Below, in pieces: positions 29,364 to 37,755 of a DNA stretch of 64,000 nt. Source of the stretch: Bacteroidota bacterium (GTDB taxonomy: Bacteria > Bacteroidota > Ignavibacteria > UBA10030 > UBA6906); NCBI GenBank assembly GCA_035687895.1, contig DASRUE010000196.1, positions 1,489 to 65,488 on the forward strand, written 5' to 3'. Both the position numbers and the translations under genes were made by a program. Every line of letters starts with the position of its first letter. Positions within the stretch are counted from its first letter, which is position 1. Below the pieces are notes generated by a model, which saw only the letters and a list, made by a program, of their open reading frames with translations, had not been told where the DNA came from and did not search any database.

Positions 29364-29968
29364 TGTGTCTCCAATGGTGTGTGAGGCAGGCGATCCCTAA
29401 CCGCTGCCAACACGGAAAGGACCTTCTTGACGCCAAACGTCACCGACCGAGCCGAAATCGTTGCGCCGCTGATATTCTTGATTTCCTTGCCTGGGCGGAG
29501 TTCCTCGCCCGGTCTTCTTCCGAAGAACTGCTTCTGCCATGATTTATAGCGCACTTCTCCGCCGTACGCTTCCCGATAGGCGAGAATTTCAAGATCCTTC
29601 ACCACGAGAGAGGAGTCAACAGCCACGATATACGTAATCAGTTGATCCTTCCCTTTGACATTGTCCACCACAGCATATCCCGCGGCAGCGTTTCCTTTGA
29701 ACGATGCGAGAACAACGAGCGTATCCCCTCCCCACCGTTGATTGCAAAGAATAAAGACCGCCTCTTTGTCTTGAGACAAAAGGGGGATGGTGACCAACAC
29801 TGCCTTGGTTTCCTTTCCAAACATTCGCTGAACGGACGCCTGTGCCTGGTCCAATTCACGTTCGGTGACTCCCACATCTGGCCATGCAGCGATGGAGAGA
29901 AACATTGCGGCAACCGCAAGGGTCGCTGCTCGTGTGATGCCCTTAGAAAAAATAATAGCCGATGCCAA
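29360..29968 (-). CDS. FMN-binding domain (FMN_bind) protein, predicted periplasmic, with a flavinylation motif
   Basis: It has a signal peptide. NISGATISARSV matches the [S/T]GA[S/T] covalent-FMN motif of NqrC, RnfG and PplA. Confidence 0.7.
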   Translation of the reverse strand: MASAIIFSKGITRAATLAVAAMFLSIAAWPDVGVTERELDQAQASVQRMFGKETKAVLVTIPLLSQDKEAVFILCNQRWGGDTLVVLASFKGNAAAGYAVVDNVKGKDQLITYIVAVDSSLVVKDLEILAYREAYGGEVRYKSWQKQFFGRRPGEELRPGKEIKNISGATISARSVTFGVKKVLSVLAAVRDRLPHTPLETQ

Positions 29969-31061
29969 GATTCAATTGCCTGGTGTTTTTGAAGCTGCCG
30001 GAATTCAATTCGTTGTTCATGAATGTGTAATCAAACTTGAAAGCTGTGTTGAATGTGGGTTTGTATGTCAACCCGAATACGATATCACTCCGGTTGTATT
30101 GCTTGAAGGGTTCAAAACCGGTCGTGGCAGCCTGGGTGTTGTACTTCTCGTATCGCCCGAAGAAGTTCAGTTCCTCTTCGGAGTCCGGGCAAAGCAAAGG
30201 AAGCACATTGTACGAGCCTTCGACGTAGTAGCCGTAAATCCGATCCGCGACAGCGGCATTAAACTGCGCGTTGATCTTGTCTGCATCTCCGATTGTACCA
30301 ATTGCACCAACAGCACGAAGTGCGAACCCATCGACAGAATACCTCACGTCACCGGACCAGAGTGAAACCATGGCGTCTCCGATGCTATCCAGATCAGCCG
30401 AGGAATTGCCGACAAAAAAAGAGCCGCCTAAGAAGAGTCCAAGGCATGGGGAATAGTCCAGTCGACCAGTGAAGGATGGATTTGCCGGGTTGCTTTCGAA
30501 TGCCCTCTGCCGCCCGTTACGCAACCCATTGCTTCCGCTGAACCCATCCGCCCTGAACCCAGCAACCACATAGAGTTGATAGTTGAGCCCTTCAACTAGG
30601 TTGCCGTACAGACCCGCTCCCGATTCTCTCCACGTGGTAGGGATTATTACTCGATCGACGCTTGGTCGCTCCACGCCGTTGAACGTGGGTGGTTCGTGAT
30701 AGGTGTTGATCAGGCCAACAGGGGGGAGGATGATACCTGCCCGGATACCGAAGGATCGGTTGATCTGATAGTCAAGAAATGCTTGTTCGATGGACAATTC
30801 CCCGCCGTCTGGATTTCCTGCTTCAATCAAGGTATGTTCGATCTCGAGCTCAGACCTGAACGCGAGTTTCTCGTTGAAATTGTGACCGAGATAGAGGACG
30901 AACCGGTGAAAATCCAGCATTCCGCGTCGATGTCCATCGGGTTCATTGTAGTGAAGTTCGCCGTAGCCACCGAGGCTTGTTTTGGGTTCACCCTGAGAGA
31001 AAGTTGATGCGGATATCAAGATCACGACTCCAACAAGAGCCAGAGCTGAGCGCAAGAACAT
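29943..31061 (-). CDS. Outer-membrane beta-barrel protein (porin-like), hypothetical
   Basis: It has a signal peptide and alternating beta-strand amphipathicity. The C-terminus ...LNLGIGYYFF ends in Phe. Confidence 0.55.
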   Translation of the reverse strand: MFLRSALALVGVVILISASTFSQGEPKTSLGGYGELHYNEPDGHRRGMLDFHRFVLYLGHNFNEKLAFRSELEIEHTLIEAGNPDGGELSIEQAFLDYQINRSFGIRAGIILPPVGLINTYHEPPTFNGVERPSVDRVIIPTTWRESGAGLYGNLVEGLNYQLYVVAGFRADGFSGSNGLRNGRQRAFESNPANPSFTGRLDYSPCLGLFLGGSFFVGNSSADLDSIGDAMVSLWSGDVRYSVDGFALRAVGAIGTIGDADKINAQFNAAVADRIYGYYVEGSYNVLPLLCPDSEEELNFFGRYEKYNTQAATTGFEPFKQYNRSDIVFGLTYKPTFNTAFKFDYTFMNNELNSGSFKNTRQLNLGIGYYFF

Positions 31062-31230
31062 GACTACCCCATGATTGATGTGGATGTGATTCTTACACTT
31101 CCACATCTTGCCTTAACAAACCGAGGCACCTTCGCTATACTGACATAGAAAAGGGACGCGTTGCCACGCAACGTGGAAGCCTTTTTCGTTTTCGGAGCGT
31201 GCCCATCATTAGCCTTTTGCCGAGGTCCCG

Positions 31231-31464
31231 CTATGCGGGTGAGAGCACGCTCCGTTTTTTTAAGCCAGACTCTTCCTTACAAAATTCCGATTTCTTGTCT
31301 GCAATGGTGTCTTCTTTGATTCGCTCAATGACTGTAGAGGAACAGCCACAGTCATGACCGCAGGCGCGAAGGCGTGCCCGGCGTCGTTTTCGAACCTCGG
31401 ATCGCAGGAGAATCACTCCGCTGATGAACACGATTCCTAATGATGCGATTTGTTGCCAGTCCAT
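31231..31464 (-). CDS. FeoB-associated Cys-rich membrane peptide
   Basis: One TM helix is followed by a basic stretch and CGHDCGC. It sits immediately downstream of feoB. Confidence 0.5.
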   Translation of the reverse strand: MDWQQIASLGIVFISGVILLRSEVRKRRRARLRACGHDCGCSSTVIERIKEDTIADKKSEFCKEESGLKKRSVLSPA

Positions 31465-33585
31465 TTATCCTCCCAATCCTATGTACAGGCCGATTCTGTA
31501 AACGACGAATGTCACCGAGTAGGCAAGGGTGGTCATATACCCGATCTGGAACAGAGGCCATTTCCAGCCATTGGTTTCTCGTCGCATGACAGCGACCGTC
31601 GACATACACTGCATGGCAAGAACGTAATACACCATTAGACAGATCGCTGTGAGAACCGTGAAAGTCGGCGCACCAGTGGCCGGATCTCGATCCTGTTGCA
31701 TCTGCTGGCGGAGCGAGACACTCCCCTCATTCTCGTCCGCATTCTGGATGTTGTAGATAGTTCCCATGGTACTGACAAACACCTCTCGTTGGAGGATCGA
31801 TCCGACAAGTCCAATGCCGATTCTCCAGTCAAACCCGAGAGGTTTGATCAGGGGTTCGATAAGGTGTCCCGCTTGTCCGGCAAGACTGTGCTTCAGTTGT
31901 TCCGCAGCAGAGACATTATCAAGTCTCGGGTAGCTTGCGAGAAACCATAGGATGATAGAGACACCAAGAATGAATGTTCCGGCACGCTTCAGAAAAAGCC
32001 AGGATCGCTCCCACATCTGCAACAGCACCGACCTGAGTGACGGAAGTCGGTAAGGCGGAAGCTCCATAATGAAGATCGGTGGTGCACTCCGAAGCAAAGT
32101 CTTCTTGAACAACCAAGCCATGGCGAGCGCTGCAACGAGTCCGAGCAAGTACATGGAAACCATAGTAATGCCCGCGAGGGAGAAAATTCCCAGCACGTTT
32201 GTGTTCGGAATAAACGCCGCAATCAAAAGCGTGTACACAGGGAGTCGGGCGCTGCAACTGATCAGAGGGGAGACCAGCATGGTCACCAGCCGATCTTTGG
32301 GGTTTTCAATTGTCCGCGTGGCCATGATGCCGGGAATTGCACAAGCAAAGGAACTGAGCATGGGGATAAATGATTTCCCGTGCAACCCTACCTTGCTCAT
32401 GAGCCTGTCCATAATGAAGGCAGCCCGCGACATGTATCCGGTGTCCTCCAGGAGTCCGAGGAACAAGAAGAGGAAGAGAATCTGTGGCAGAAACGTTACA
32501 ACCGCTGCCACCCCCGCAATGGCTCCATTCACGGTCAGGTCTTGAAGGTCTCCCGGTGGTATCAGGGCGGTGACCTGTTGGCCAACCCAATCAAAACCAT
32601 TCCCAATTAGCTCCATTGGGGCATTTGCCCATGTGAAGATGGTTTGGAAGACGACTGTCATCAGGCCAAGGAAGATGAAGAACCCCCAAATTCGGTGCGT
32701 CACAAAACGGTCAATTTTGTCACTGGTGCCCATCTTACTCCGAGCAGTCTGCTTTGTTGAAGCAGCGCAAATGAGCTTTATCCACTCATAGCGTGATTCC
32801 ACAAATACAGACTGGCGATCGAAGCCAAGGAAGTCGAGCTTCTGGTGATCCCGCTTCACATGCTCTCGAACCTCAGGGTCAAACCGATCCATGTGGTCAA
32901 GCAAATCACTTTGCGAGGTCAGAAGAAGGATCGCGTCGTGGAATGCCTGCTGGTCGGCGAGTTGGTGCCTATTTCGAAGGATGCTGACAAGTTCCTCGGT
33001 TTCCTTGTGAACAGCATCCGGCAGTTGCCATTGCCGCGGTTTACTTGTTGCGTTAGTCGTGCGCAGCATCGCGTCTTTCAGTTCCGAGATTCCGATTCCT
33101 TTGTTTGCGATGATTGATACAACGCGAACGCCCAGTTCCCGCTCAAGTCGTTTCACGTCAATTTCAATGCCTAACTCCTCCGCGAGATCAATCATGGTCA
33201 AAGCGACTATAACGGGAAGATGCCTGTCGATTATCTGGCTGACGAGGTAGAGATTGCGTTCGAGGTTGGTGGCATCGACGACGCAGACAACGAGGTCGGG
33301 AGCGGGAGTATGAACAACGCGGCCGAGAAGGACATCAGTGGCAACTTTTTCGTCCGGAGAGTTGGCAGTCAAACTGTATGTGCCAGGGAGATCCAGGATG
33401 GAAGCACTGACACCATTTTCGAAGATGACTCTTCCCTCTTTCTTCTCCACAGTAACCCCGGGGTAGTTCCCTACCTTCTGTCGAAGACCGGTGAGTTCAT
33501 TAAAGAGGGTGGTTTTCCCGCAATTCGGGTTTCCGATCAAAGCAATGTTTTTGCTGTGAACTGCAGTCTGAACGGATCCCATCAA
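31465..33585 (-). CDS. feoB: Ferrous iron transporter B
   Basis: It has an N-terminal G-domain (ALIGNPNCGKTTLFN) and a C-terminal polytopic permease. It is 706 aa. Confidence 0.9.
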   Translation of the reverse strand: MMGSVQTAVHSKNIALIGNPNCGKTTLFNELTGLRQKVGNYPGVTVEKKEGRVIFENGVSASILDLPGTYSLTANSPDEKVATDVLLGRVVHTPAPDLVVCVVDATNLERNLYLVSQIIDRHLPVIVALTMIDLAEELGIEIDVKRLERELGVRVVSIIANKGIGISELKDAMLRTTNATSKPRQWQLPDAVHKETEELVSILRNRHQLADQQAFHDAILLLTSQSDLLDHMDRFDPEVREHVKRDHQKLDFLGFDRQSVFVESRYEWIKLICAASTKQTARSKMGTSDKIDRFVTHRIWGFFIFLGLMTVVFQTIFTWANAPMELIGNGFDWVGQQVTALIPPGDLQDLTVNGAIAGVAAVVTFLPQILFLFLFLGLLEDTGYMSRAAFIMDRLMSKVGLHGKSFIPMLSSFACAIPGIMATRTIENPKDRLVTMLVSPLISCSARLPVYTLLIAAFIPNTNVLGIFSLAGITMVSMYLLGLVAALAMAWLFKKTLLRSAPPIFIMELPPYRLPSLRSVLLQMWERSWLFLKRAGTFILGVSIILWFLASYPRLDNVSAAEQLKHSLAGQAGHLIEPLIKPLGFDWRIGIGLVGSILQREVFVSTMGTIYNIQNADENEGSVSLRQQMQQDRDPATGAPTFTVLTAICLMVYYVLAMQCMSTVAVMRRETNGWKWPLFQIGYMTTLAYSVTFVVYRIGLYIGLGG

Positions 33586-33833
33586 TGGGTCGCCTTCAAA
33601 ATTATTACAGACTCTGCTTCTAGTCTTCTCATAGAGAGTCTATATCCTCTGACGCGCACTTCGATCGGATCTCCCATGGGGGCCACCCTTACCAATTCGA
33701 CTAGAGTTCCCCTTATGAGACCCATCTCGAGCAGCCGTTGCTTTAAAGCAGAACCCACTGTGTTGATTCGGGAGACTGTTCCTCGTTCCCCCGGGATCAT
33801 GGTGTCTAGTTGGACCTCAATGGTCGATTCCAT
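33582..33833 (-). CDS. feoA: FeoA family protein
   Basis: It has an SH3-like FeoA motif (GERGTVSRI...GLIRGTLVELVRVAPMGDPIEVRVRGYRLSMR). It overlaps the feoB start. Confidence 0.8.
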   Translation of the reverse strand: MESTIEVQLDTMIPGERGTVSRINTVGSALKQRLLEMGLIRGTLVELVRVAPMGDPIEVRVRGYRLSMRRLEAESVIILKATH

Positions 33834-33845
33834 GGTTCTCTACTA

Positions 33846-34082
33846 CTAAAAAGTGAATACGGAGATAGTGCTTGCCAGCAGGTTGTTGATCCCAAGCCGG
33901 GTGTTACAGACTTCGCAAATCACGTTGCCGTTACCCCTATTGAGACAGCGAATGACGGCATTTTCACAAAATCCAAGTTCACGAAGTCGTATACAGACGT
34001 CGGGGTGCGATTGGATTTCCCTAATGCGGACAGGGCGCCCAAGAGGTGCGTTAGCAAGCGTGAATGACGAACTTGGGTTCAT
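33846..34082 (-). CDS. feoA: Second FeoA family protein (tandem paralog)
   Basis: The sequence is LGRPVRIREI...LRELGFCENAVIRCLNRGNGNVICEVCNTRLGI. The start was set to the internal ATG (MNPSSS) 4 nt after the fur stop. Confidence 0.7.
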   Translation of the reverse strand: MNPSSSFTLANAPLGRPVRIREIQSHPDVCIRLRELGFCENAVIRCLNRGNGNVICEVCNTRLGINNLLASTISVFTF

Positions 34083-34086
34083 ATCG

Positions 34087-34530
34087 CTATGCTCTCTTCT
34101 TACATTTGGAACAGATTCCAAAAATCTGAAGTGTTGAACTTTGTGCCTTGAAACTCTTCTCGTCGCACACATCATCTTGAATCCGCTCGAGTTTTTCGTT
34201 TACGAATTCGATAATGTCTCCACAGTCCAGGCAAATAAGATGGTGGTGATGCGGACGCCCGAAGGCTTTCTCGTATCGAGATGTATTTTCGGCAAACCTG
34301 TACTTGGAGACGAGGCCGCATTCCTGAAGCACCTCCAGAGTATTGTATACAGTTGCCTTAGAGACTTTGATGCCATTCGTGATTAACCGGTAGTAGAGTC
34401 CCTCGACATCAAAGTGTCCCTGGCTTTCCAATACTGCGTCTAAGATCGCAAAACGCTCGGGAGTCGAGCGCTGCTTTCCGCTTGCCTTCAGATGGGTTGT
34501 GAGTATCTCGTGCGCTGCGTGAACGTCCAT
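34087..34530 (-). CDS. fur: Fur family transcriptional regulator
   Basis: It has a winged-helix N-terminus, HHHHLICLDCG, and C-terminal CxxC metal sites. Confidence 0.85.
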   Translation of the reverse strand: MDVHAAHEILTTHLKASGKQRSTPERFAILDAVLESQGHFDVEGLYYRLITNGIKVSKATVYNTLEVLQECGLVSKYRFAENTSRYEKAFGRPHHHHLICLDCGDIIEFVNEKLERIQDDVCDEKSFKAQSSTLQIFGICSKCKKRA

Positions 34531-34560
34531 GGCTCCTCTTATTTAGAATTAGTCTAAATA

Positions 34561-34589
34561 AAAATAAGCACAAATATCCAAGTTGTCAA
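34561..34589 (-). promoter_or_regulatory. Promoter for fur-feo operon: TTGACA-N17-TATTTT on the minus strand, AT-rich, possible Fur operator overlap
   Basis: The reverse complement reads cTTGACAacttggatatttgtgctTATTTT. It lies about 25 nt upstream of the fur ATG in a divergent AT-rich intergenic region. Confidence 0.45.
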
Positions 34590-34662
34590 GAGAGAAGTTA
34601 GAAATAGATTTGACATGTATCGAAAACAGTGTGAAAAATCTCTGGAAATTTGCAGATTTTGC

Positions 34663-34690
34663 TTGCTTATTTCGTCCGGATTAGTATATT
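34663..34690 (+). promoter_or_regulatory. Candidate promoter TTGCTT-N16-TATATT for the DHS-like gene
   Basis: It has a perfect -10. It is divergent from the fur promoter. Confidence 0.35.
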
Positions 34691-34736
34691 TTCACCGGGC
34701 AAACGGTTAGTCCCCTTCTTCTAATTCTTAGTATGA

Positions 34737-35837
34737 ATGAAGTCTCCTAAAGCCAACCTTCTCAGCGGCAGACGAATAATCAGGGCTCCTATTCCCAAGA
34801 ACATCCCAATTGTGAAATTGGTTGATGAGTACTTCCAGGCCTACAATGGAGGCAGACTGCGAGAAGCTTGCCAGTTGTTCTCTACAAAGATGCTCGCGAG
34901 AGATGTAACCGTGGGTATGAGTATTACTGGTGCACTTACGCCGGCCGGGCTCGGATCGTGCATAGTTCCTCTGATAAGAGCGGGATTTGTGGATTGGATC
35001 GTTAGCACGGGGGCCAACCTTTACCACGACACTCACTTCGCAATTGGCCACACCCTTCACCGCGGCTCGCCATTTCTCGATGATCGAGTCCTGCGCAAGG
35101 AAGGAGTGATTAGGATATATGACATTCTCTTCGATTATGAAGTTCTGCTGAGCACGGATGAGTTCTTCAGGACTGTTCTTCGCAACGAAGAGTTCCAGAA
35201 AGAAATGGGGACGGCCGAGCTACACTATAAGCTTGGTAAATATGTCCTTGAGCGCGAGAGAGTATTACGTATCAGGCATAGCAGTGTGCTAGCAACCGCG
35301 TACCGATGCGGTGTGCCGGTTTACACCCCTTCGCCGGGTGATAGCTCTATAGGAATGAATATAGCTGAGATTGAGTTATCTGGATATAGGACGCGTCTAG
35401 ATGTTCTTCTTGATGTCAACGAAACAGCAGCCATTGTGCTAGACGCAAAGAAAAGGGGTGGGAGGAGTGGAGTGTTGATCTTCGGTGGTGGGTCACCAAA
35501 GAATTTCATTTTACAGACTGAACCTCAGATCCAAGAAGTGCTGAAGATCAACGAGAAAGGGCACGATTTCTTCTTGCAGGTTACCGATGCCCGACCCGAT
35601 ACGGGTGGTTTGTCAGGTGCGACCCCGTCAGAAGCAGTCAGTTGGGGAAAAGTGGATCCCGACAAGCTTCCTGATACCGTTGTGGCCTACCTTGATGCAA
35701 CGGTAGCCATGCCAATTTTGACCTCGTATGCCTTGGCAAGACGTAAACCTCGCCAACTTAAACGCCTGTACGATCGTCGAGCAGAGTCGTTGGAACGATT
35801 GAAACGTGAATACAAAAGAGTGAGCAAGAGTTCTTAG
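34737..35837 (+). CDS. Deoxyhypusine synthase-like protein
   Basis: The sequence is [13 protein letters not shown]...[16 protein letters not shown]...[12 protein letters not shown], a DHS-family Rossmann core. It is 366 aa. Confidence 0.7.
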   Translation: MKSPKANLLSGRRIIRAPIPKNIPIVKLVDEYFQAYNGGRLREACQLFSTKMLARDVTVGMSITGALTPAGLGSCIVPLIRAGFVDWIVSTGANLYHDTHFAIGHTLHRGSPFLDDRVLRKEGVIRIYDILFDYEVLLSTDEFFRTVLRNEEFQKEMGTAELHYKLGKYVLERERVLRIRHSSVLATAYRCGVPVYTPSPGDSSIGMNIAEIELSGYRTRLDVLLDVNETAAIVLDAKKRGGRSGVLIFGGGSPKNFILQTEPQIQEVLKINEKGHDFFLQVTDARPDTGGLSGATPSEAVSWGKVDPDKLPDTVVAYLDATVAMPILTSYALARRKPRQLKRLYDRRAESLERLKREYKRVSKSS

Positions 35838-35875
35838 CAAAGAAACCCTTTCATTCACACTAAGGAGAAAAAATC

Positions 35876-36067
35876 ATGAGCAGGCTTCAGGAACTCAAGG
35901 ACTTGGTACAGTCTTTTGATAAAGACTTCGTAAAGTTCTATGAGAAGGGGAACAAGTCAGCCGGGACGCGCGTGCGGAAGGCCATGAATGAATTGAAGAA
36001 GAAGGCCCAAGAAATTAGAAAAGAAGTGCAGGAAATCAAGGCCCAAGCGAAAGAGGGTGGGGCCTGA
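35876..36067 (+). CDS. Histone H1-like nucleoid protein (Hc1 family)
   Basis: The sequence is FVKFYEKGNKSAGTRVRKAMNELKKKAQEIRKEVQEIKAQAKEG. It is small and basic, with an AAGGAG SD. Confidence 0.7.
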   Translation: MSRLQELKDLVQSFDKDFVKFYEKGNKSAGTRVRKAMNELKKKAQEIRKEVQEIKAQAKEGGA

Positions 36068-36164
36068 AAAGCCTCTCGATCCATTTACTGAAGGAGATGC
36101 ACCCCCCATGGCTGCGGTGGGATGGCCATCTGGGTGTGTGTCTCCTTCATCAATCTGCAAAAAG

Positions 36165-36190
36165 AAACCCACCATGTGGTGGGTTTGTCT
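36165..36190. terminator. Bidirectional terminator between the histone-like gene and rpsU
   Basis: AAACCCACCA-TG-TGGTGGGTTT is a perfect palindrome, flanked by CAAAAAG and TTTGTCTCTC. Confidence 0.6.
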
Positions 36191-36193
36191 CTC

Positions 36194-36388
36194 TCAGACT
36201 TGCTCCGCGAGAGTTCGTTGAGCTCGTCGTACCGCTTTGACTTTCTTCATCCGCTTTTTTACTGAAGGTTTTGTGAAGTAGGCTCTCTTCTTGAATTCCT
36301 TCAAGATGCCCGACCGCTCGTATTTCTTCTTGAACCGCTTGATAGCGCGGTCAATCGGCTCGTTCTCTGCAACGACGATTCCTACCAA
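36194..36388 (-). CDS. rpsU: 30S ribosomal protein S21, TTG start
   Basis: VGIVVAENEPIDRAIKRFKKKYERSGIL aligns with S21 MPVIKVRENEPFDVALRRF. The tabled ATG lies inside the SD: ATGCTGAAGGAGGTGATAGAA-TTG. Confidence 0.8.
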   Translation of the reverse strand: MVGIVVAENEPIDRAIKRFKKKYERSGILKEFKKRAYFTKPSVKKRMKKVKAVRRAQRTLAEQV

Positions 36389-36441
36389 TTCTATCACCTC
36401 CTTCAGCATTTATCAAGTGATTTTGATTCCGTGGTCATGCA

Positions 36442-36834
36442 TCATTGAGCGTTGTCTGATGCCGTCACAACACTCTCCAAAAGTCGTCTTTGTCCCAGTT
36501 TTTCAAAAGACACGACAATTGCGCGCTCTCCTCTCGAGGTTCGTTCCTTGGAAATGATCTTTCCGATATCGTCCCATTCCAAATGGAATATCGCCTGGCC
36601 GACAACGTAAGTGTTTTCAGGCCGATACTCCAAGCACTCAGTTCGATCGAGCTTTTTCTTTGATTCTTCTTGTTCCCGTTTGTATTCGTTAATGTCAACT
36701 AACATCGAATGTCTGCACCGTGTGCACCGGTACCATGTTTTTTCGGGTTGACTTTCTACTGCACCTACCATCTCCATCTTGTTGACGCGTTCACAATGGT
36801 TACAATAGCGGGTGATACTCTTACCCCTTGCCAT
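36442..36834 (-). CDS. Zinc-ribbon protein (two CxxC pairs), co-transcribed upstream of rpsU
   Basis: The sequence is CNHCERV...CTRCRH. An AAGGAGG SD precedes the internal ATG MARGKSITRY. The tabled ORF started upstream. Confidence 0.6.
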   Translation of the reverse strand: MARGKSITRYCNHCERVNKMEMVGAVESQPEKTWYRCTRCRHSMLVDINEYKREQEESKKKLDRTECLEYRPENTYVVGQAIFHLEWDDIGKIISKERTSRGERAIVVSFEKLGQRRLLESVVTASDNAQ

Positions 36835-36969
36835 GTTAACCCTCCTTAGTTGAAAGAAACTCTGGGATTCGAACCTGGGACACGACGCTGGGATTTCCAC
36901 ACGAGGGCAGGTGACAAACGACTCAATACAAGGTACTTGATTTCCTTTTGGAAGTCAAGATATTGTCGC

Positions 36970-36998
36970 TTGTGTTTGCGTGCATTGGTCGCTATATT
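36970..36998 (+). promoter_or_regulatory. Candidate tRNA promoter TTGTGT-N17-TATATT
   Basis: The -10 hexamer ends about 14 nt before the tRNA 5' end. Confidence 0.4.
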
Positions 36999-37012
36999 TC
37001 AGTGGTTCGCTT

Positions 37013-37086
<74 letters not shown>

Positions 37087-37090
37087 CAGA

Positions 37091-37120
37091 GGCATCACGA
37101 TTTCGTGATGCCTTTCTTTG
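37091..37120 (+). terminator. Rho-independent terminator after the tRNA
   Basis: A GGCATCAC-GATTTC-GTGATGCC stem-loop is followed by TTTCTTTG. Confidence 0.65.
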
Positions 37121-37322
37121 TTTGTGCGCAGTTCCCAGCTTTTCGAGAAAGCTATGTATCCACATGGTCAAATCTGCCGTTAAGGTAAAACTTACATGGC
37201 ATAAGCTCTCGAAATCCCCCAGTTTAACTCGTTTTAGGCCCTCCTTTCTGGCTTAACCTTTGCGCAAATCATGACTTACAAATAAGAACCTCTCGAATGT
37301 CCACATTGTCAGAAGGTTGACT

Positions 37323-37703
37323 ATGAGAATCTTGGTTGTTGACGACAATAAGGGTTTCCTCAACGTCATGGGTGACTTGCTGCGCGACTATGGTTACGAG
37401 GTTTTTCTTGCGGAGGATGGAAAGCAGGCCCGGGAGTTCTTGGAAGGAGAGAAGGTCGACGTTATCGTATCCGATGTTTTTATGCCGACGCTTGACGGGA
37501 CTCGGTTCCACAGTTACGTTCGTGAGTTTACGGACTTTCAGGACATTCCTTTCATCTTCATCTCAGGGTACGATGACGAGCACACACGAAATGTAGTAGT
37601 TGATTCCAAGATCGATTTCTTCATCAGCAAAACAGCGCCGGTGGAGACGCTCGTATCTCTGATTGAAAGCCTGAAACCAACAAAGCAGCTAAAGTCCGTC
37701 TGA
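37323..37703 (+). CDS. Single-domain response regulator (PilH/PilG-like position at head of pilus cluster)
   Basis: It has ILVVDDNKGF and VIVSDVFMPTLDG. AGAAGG sits 6 nt upstream of the ATG. The tabled start is a TTG 6 nt upstream. Confidence 0.8.
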   Translation: MRILVVDDNKGFLNVMGDLLRDYGYEVFLAEDGKQAREFLEGEKVDVIVSDVFMPTLDGTRFHSYVREFTDFQDIPFIFISGYDDEHTRNVVVDSKIDFFISKTAPVETLVSLIESLKPTKQLKSV

Positions 37704-37755
37704 TACGCGCGTCATTCACTGTAGAAAACCAATCTTTGCCAAGGAGCGGAACACT

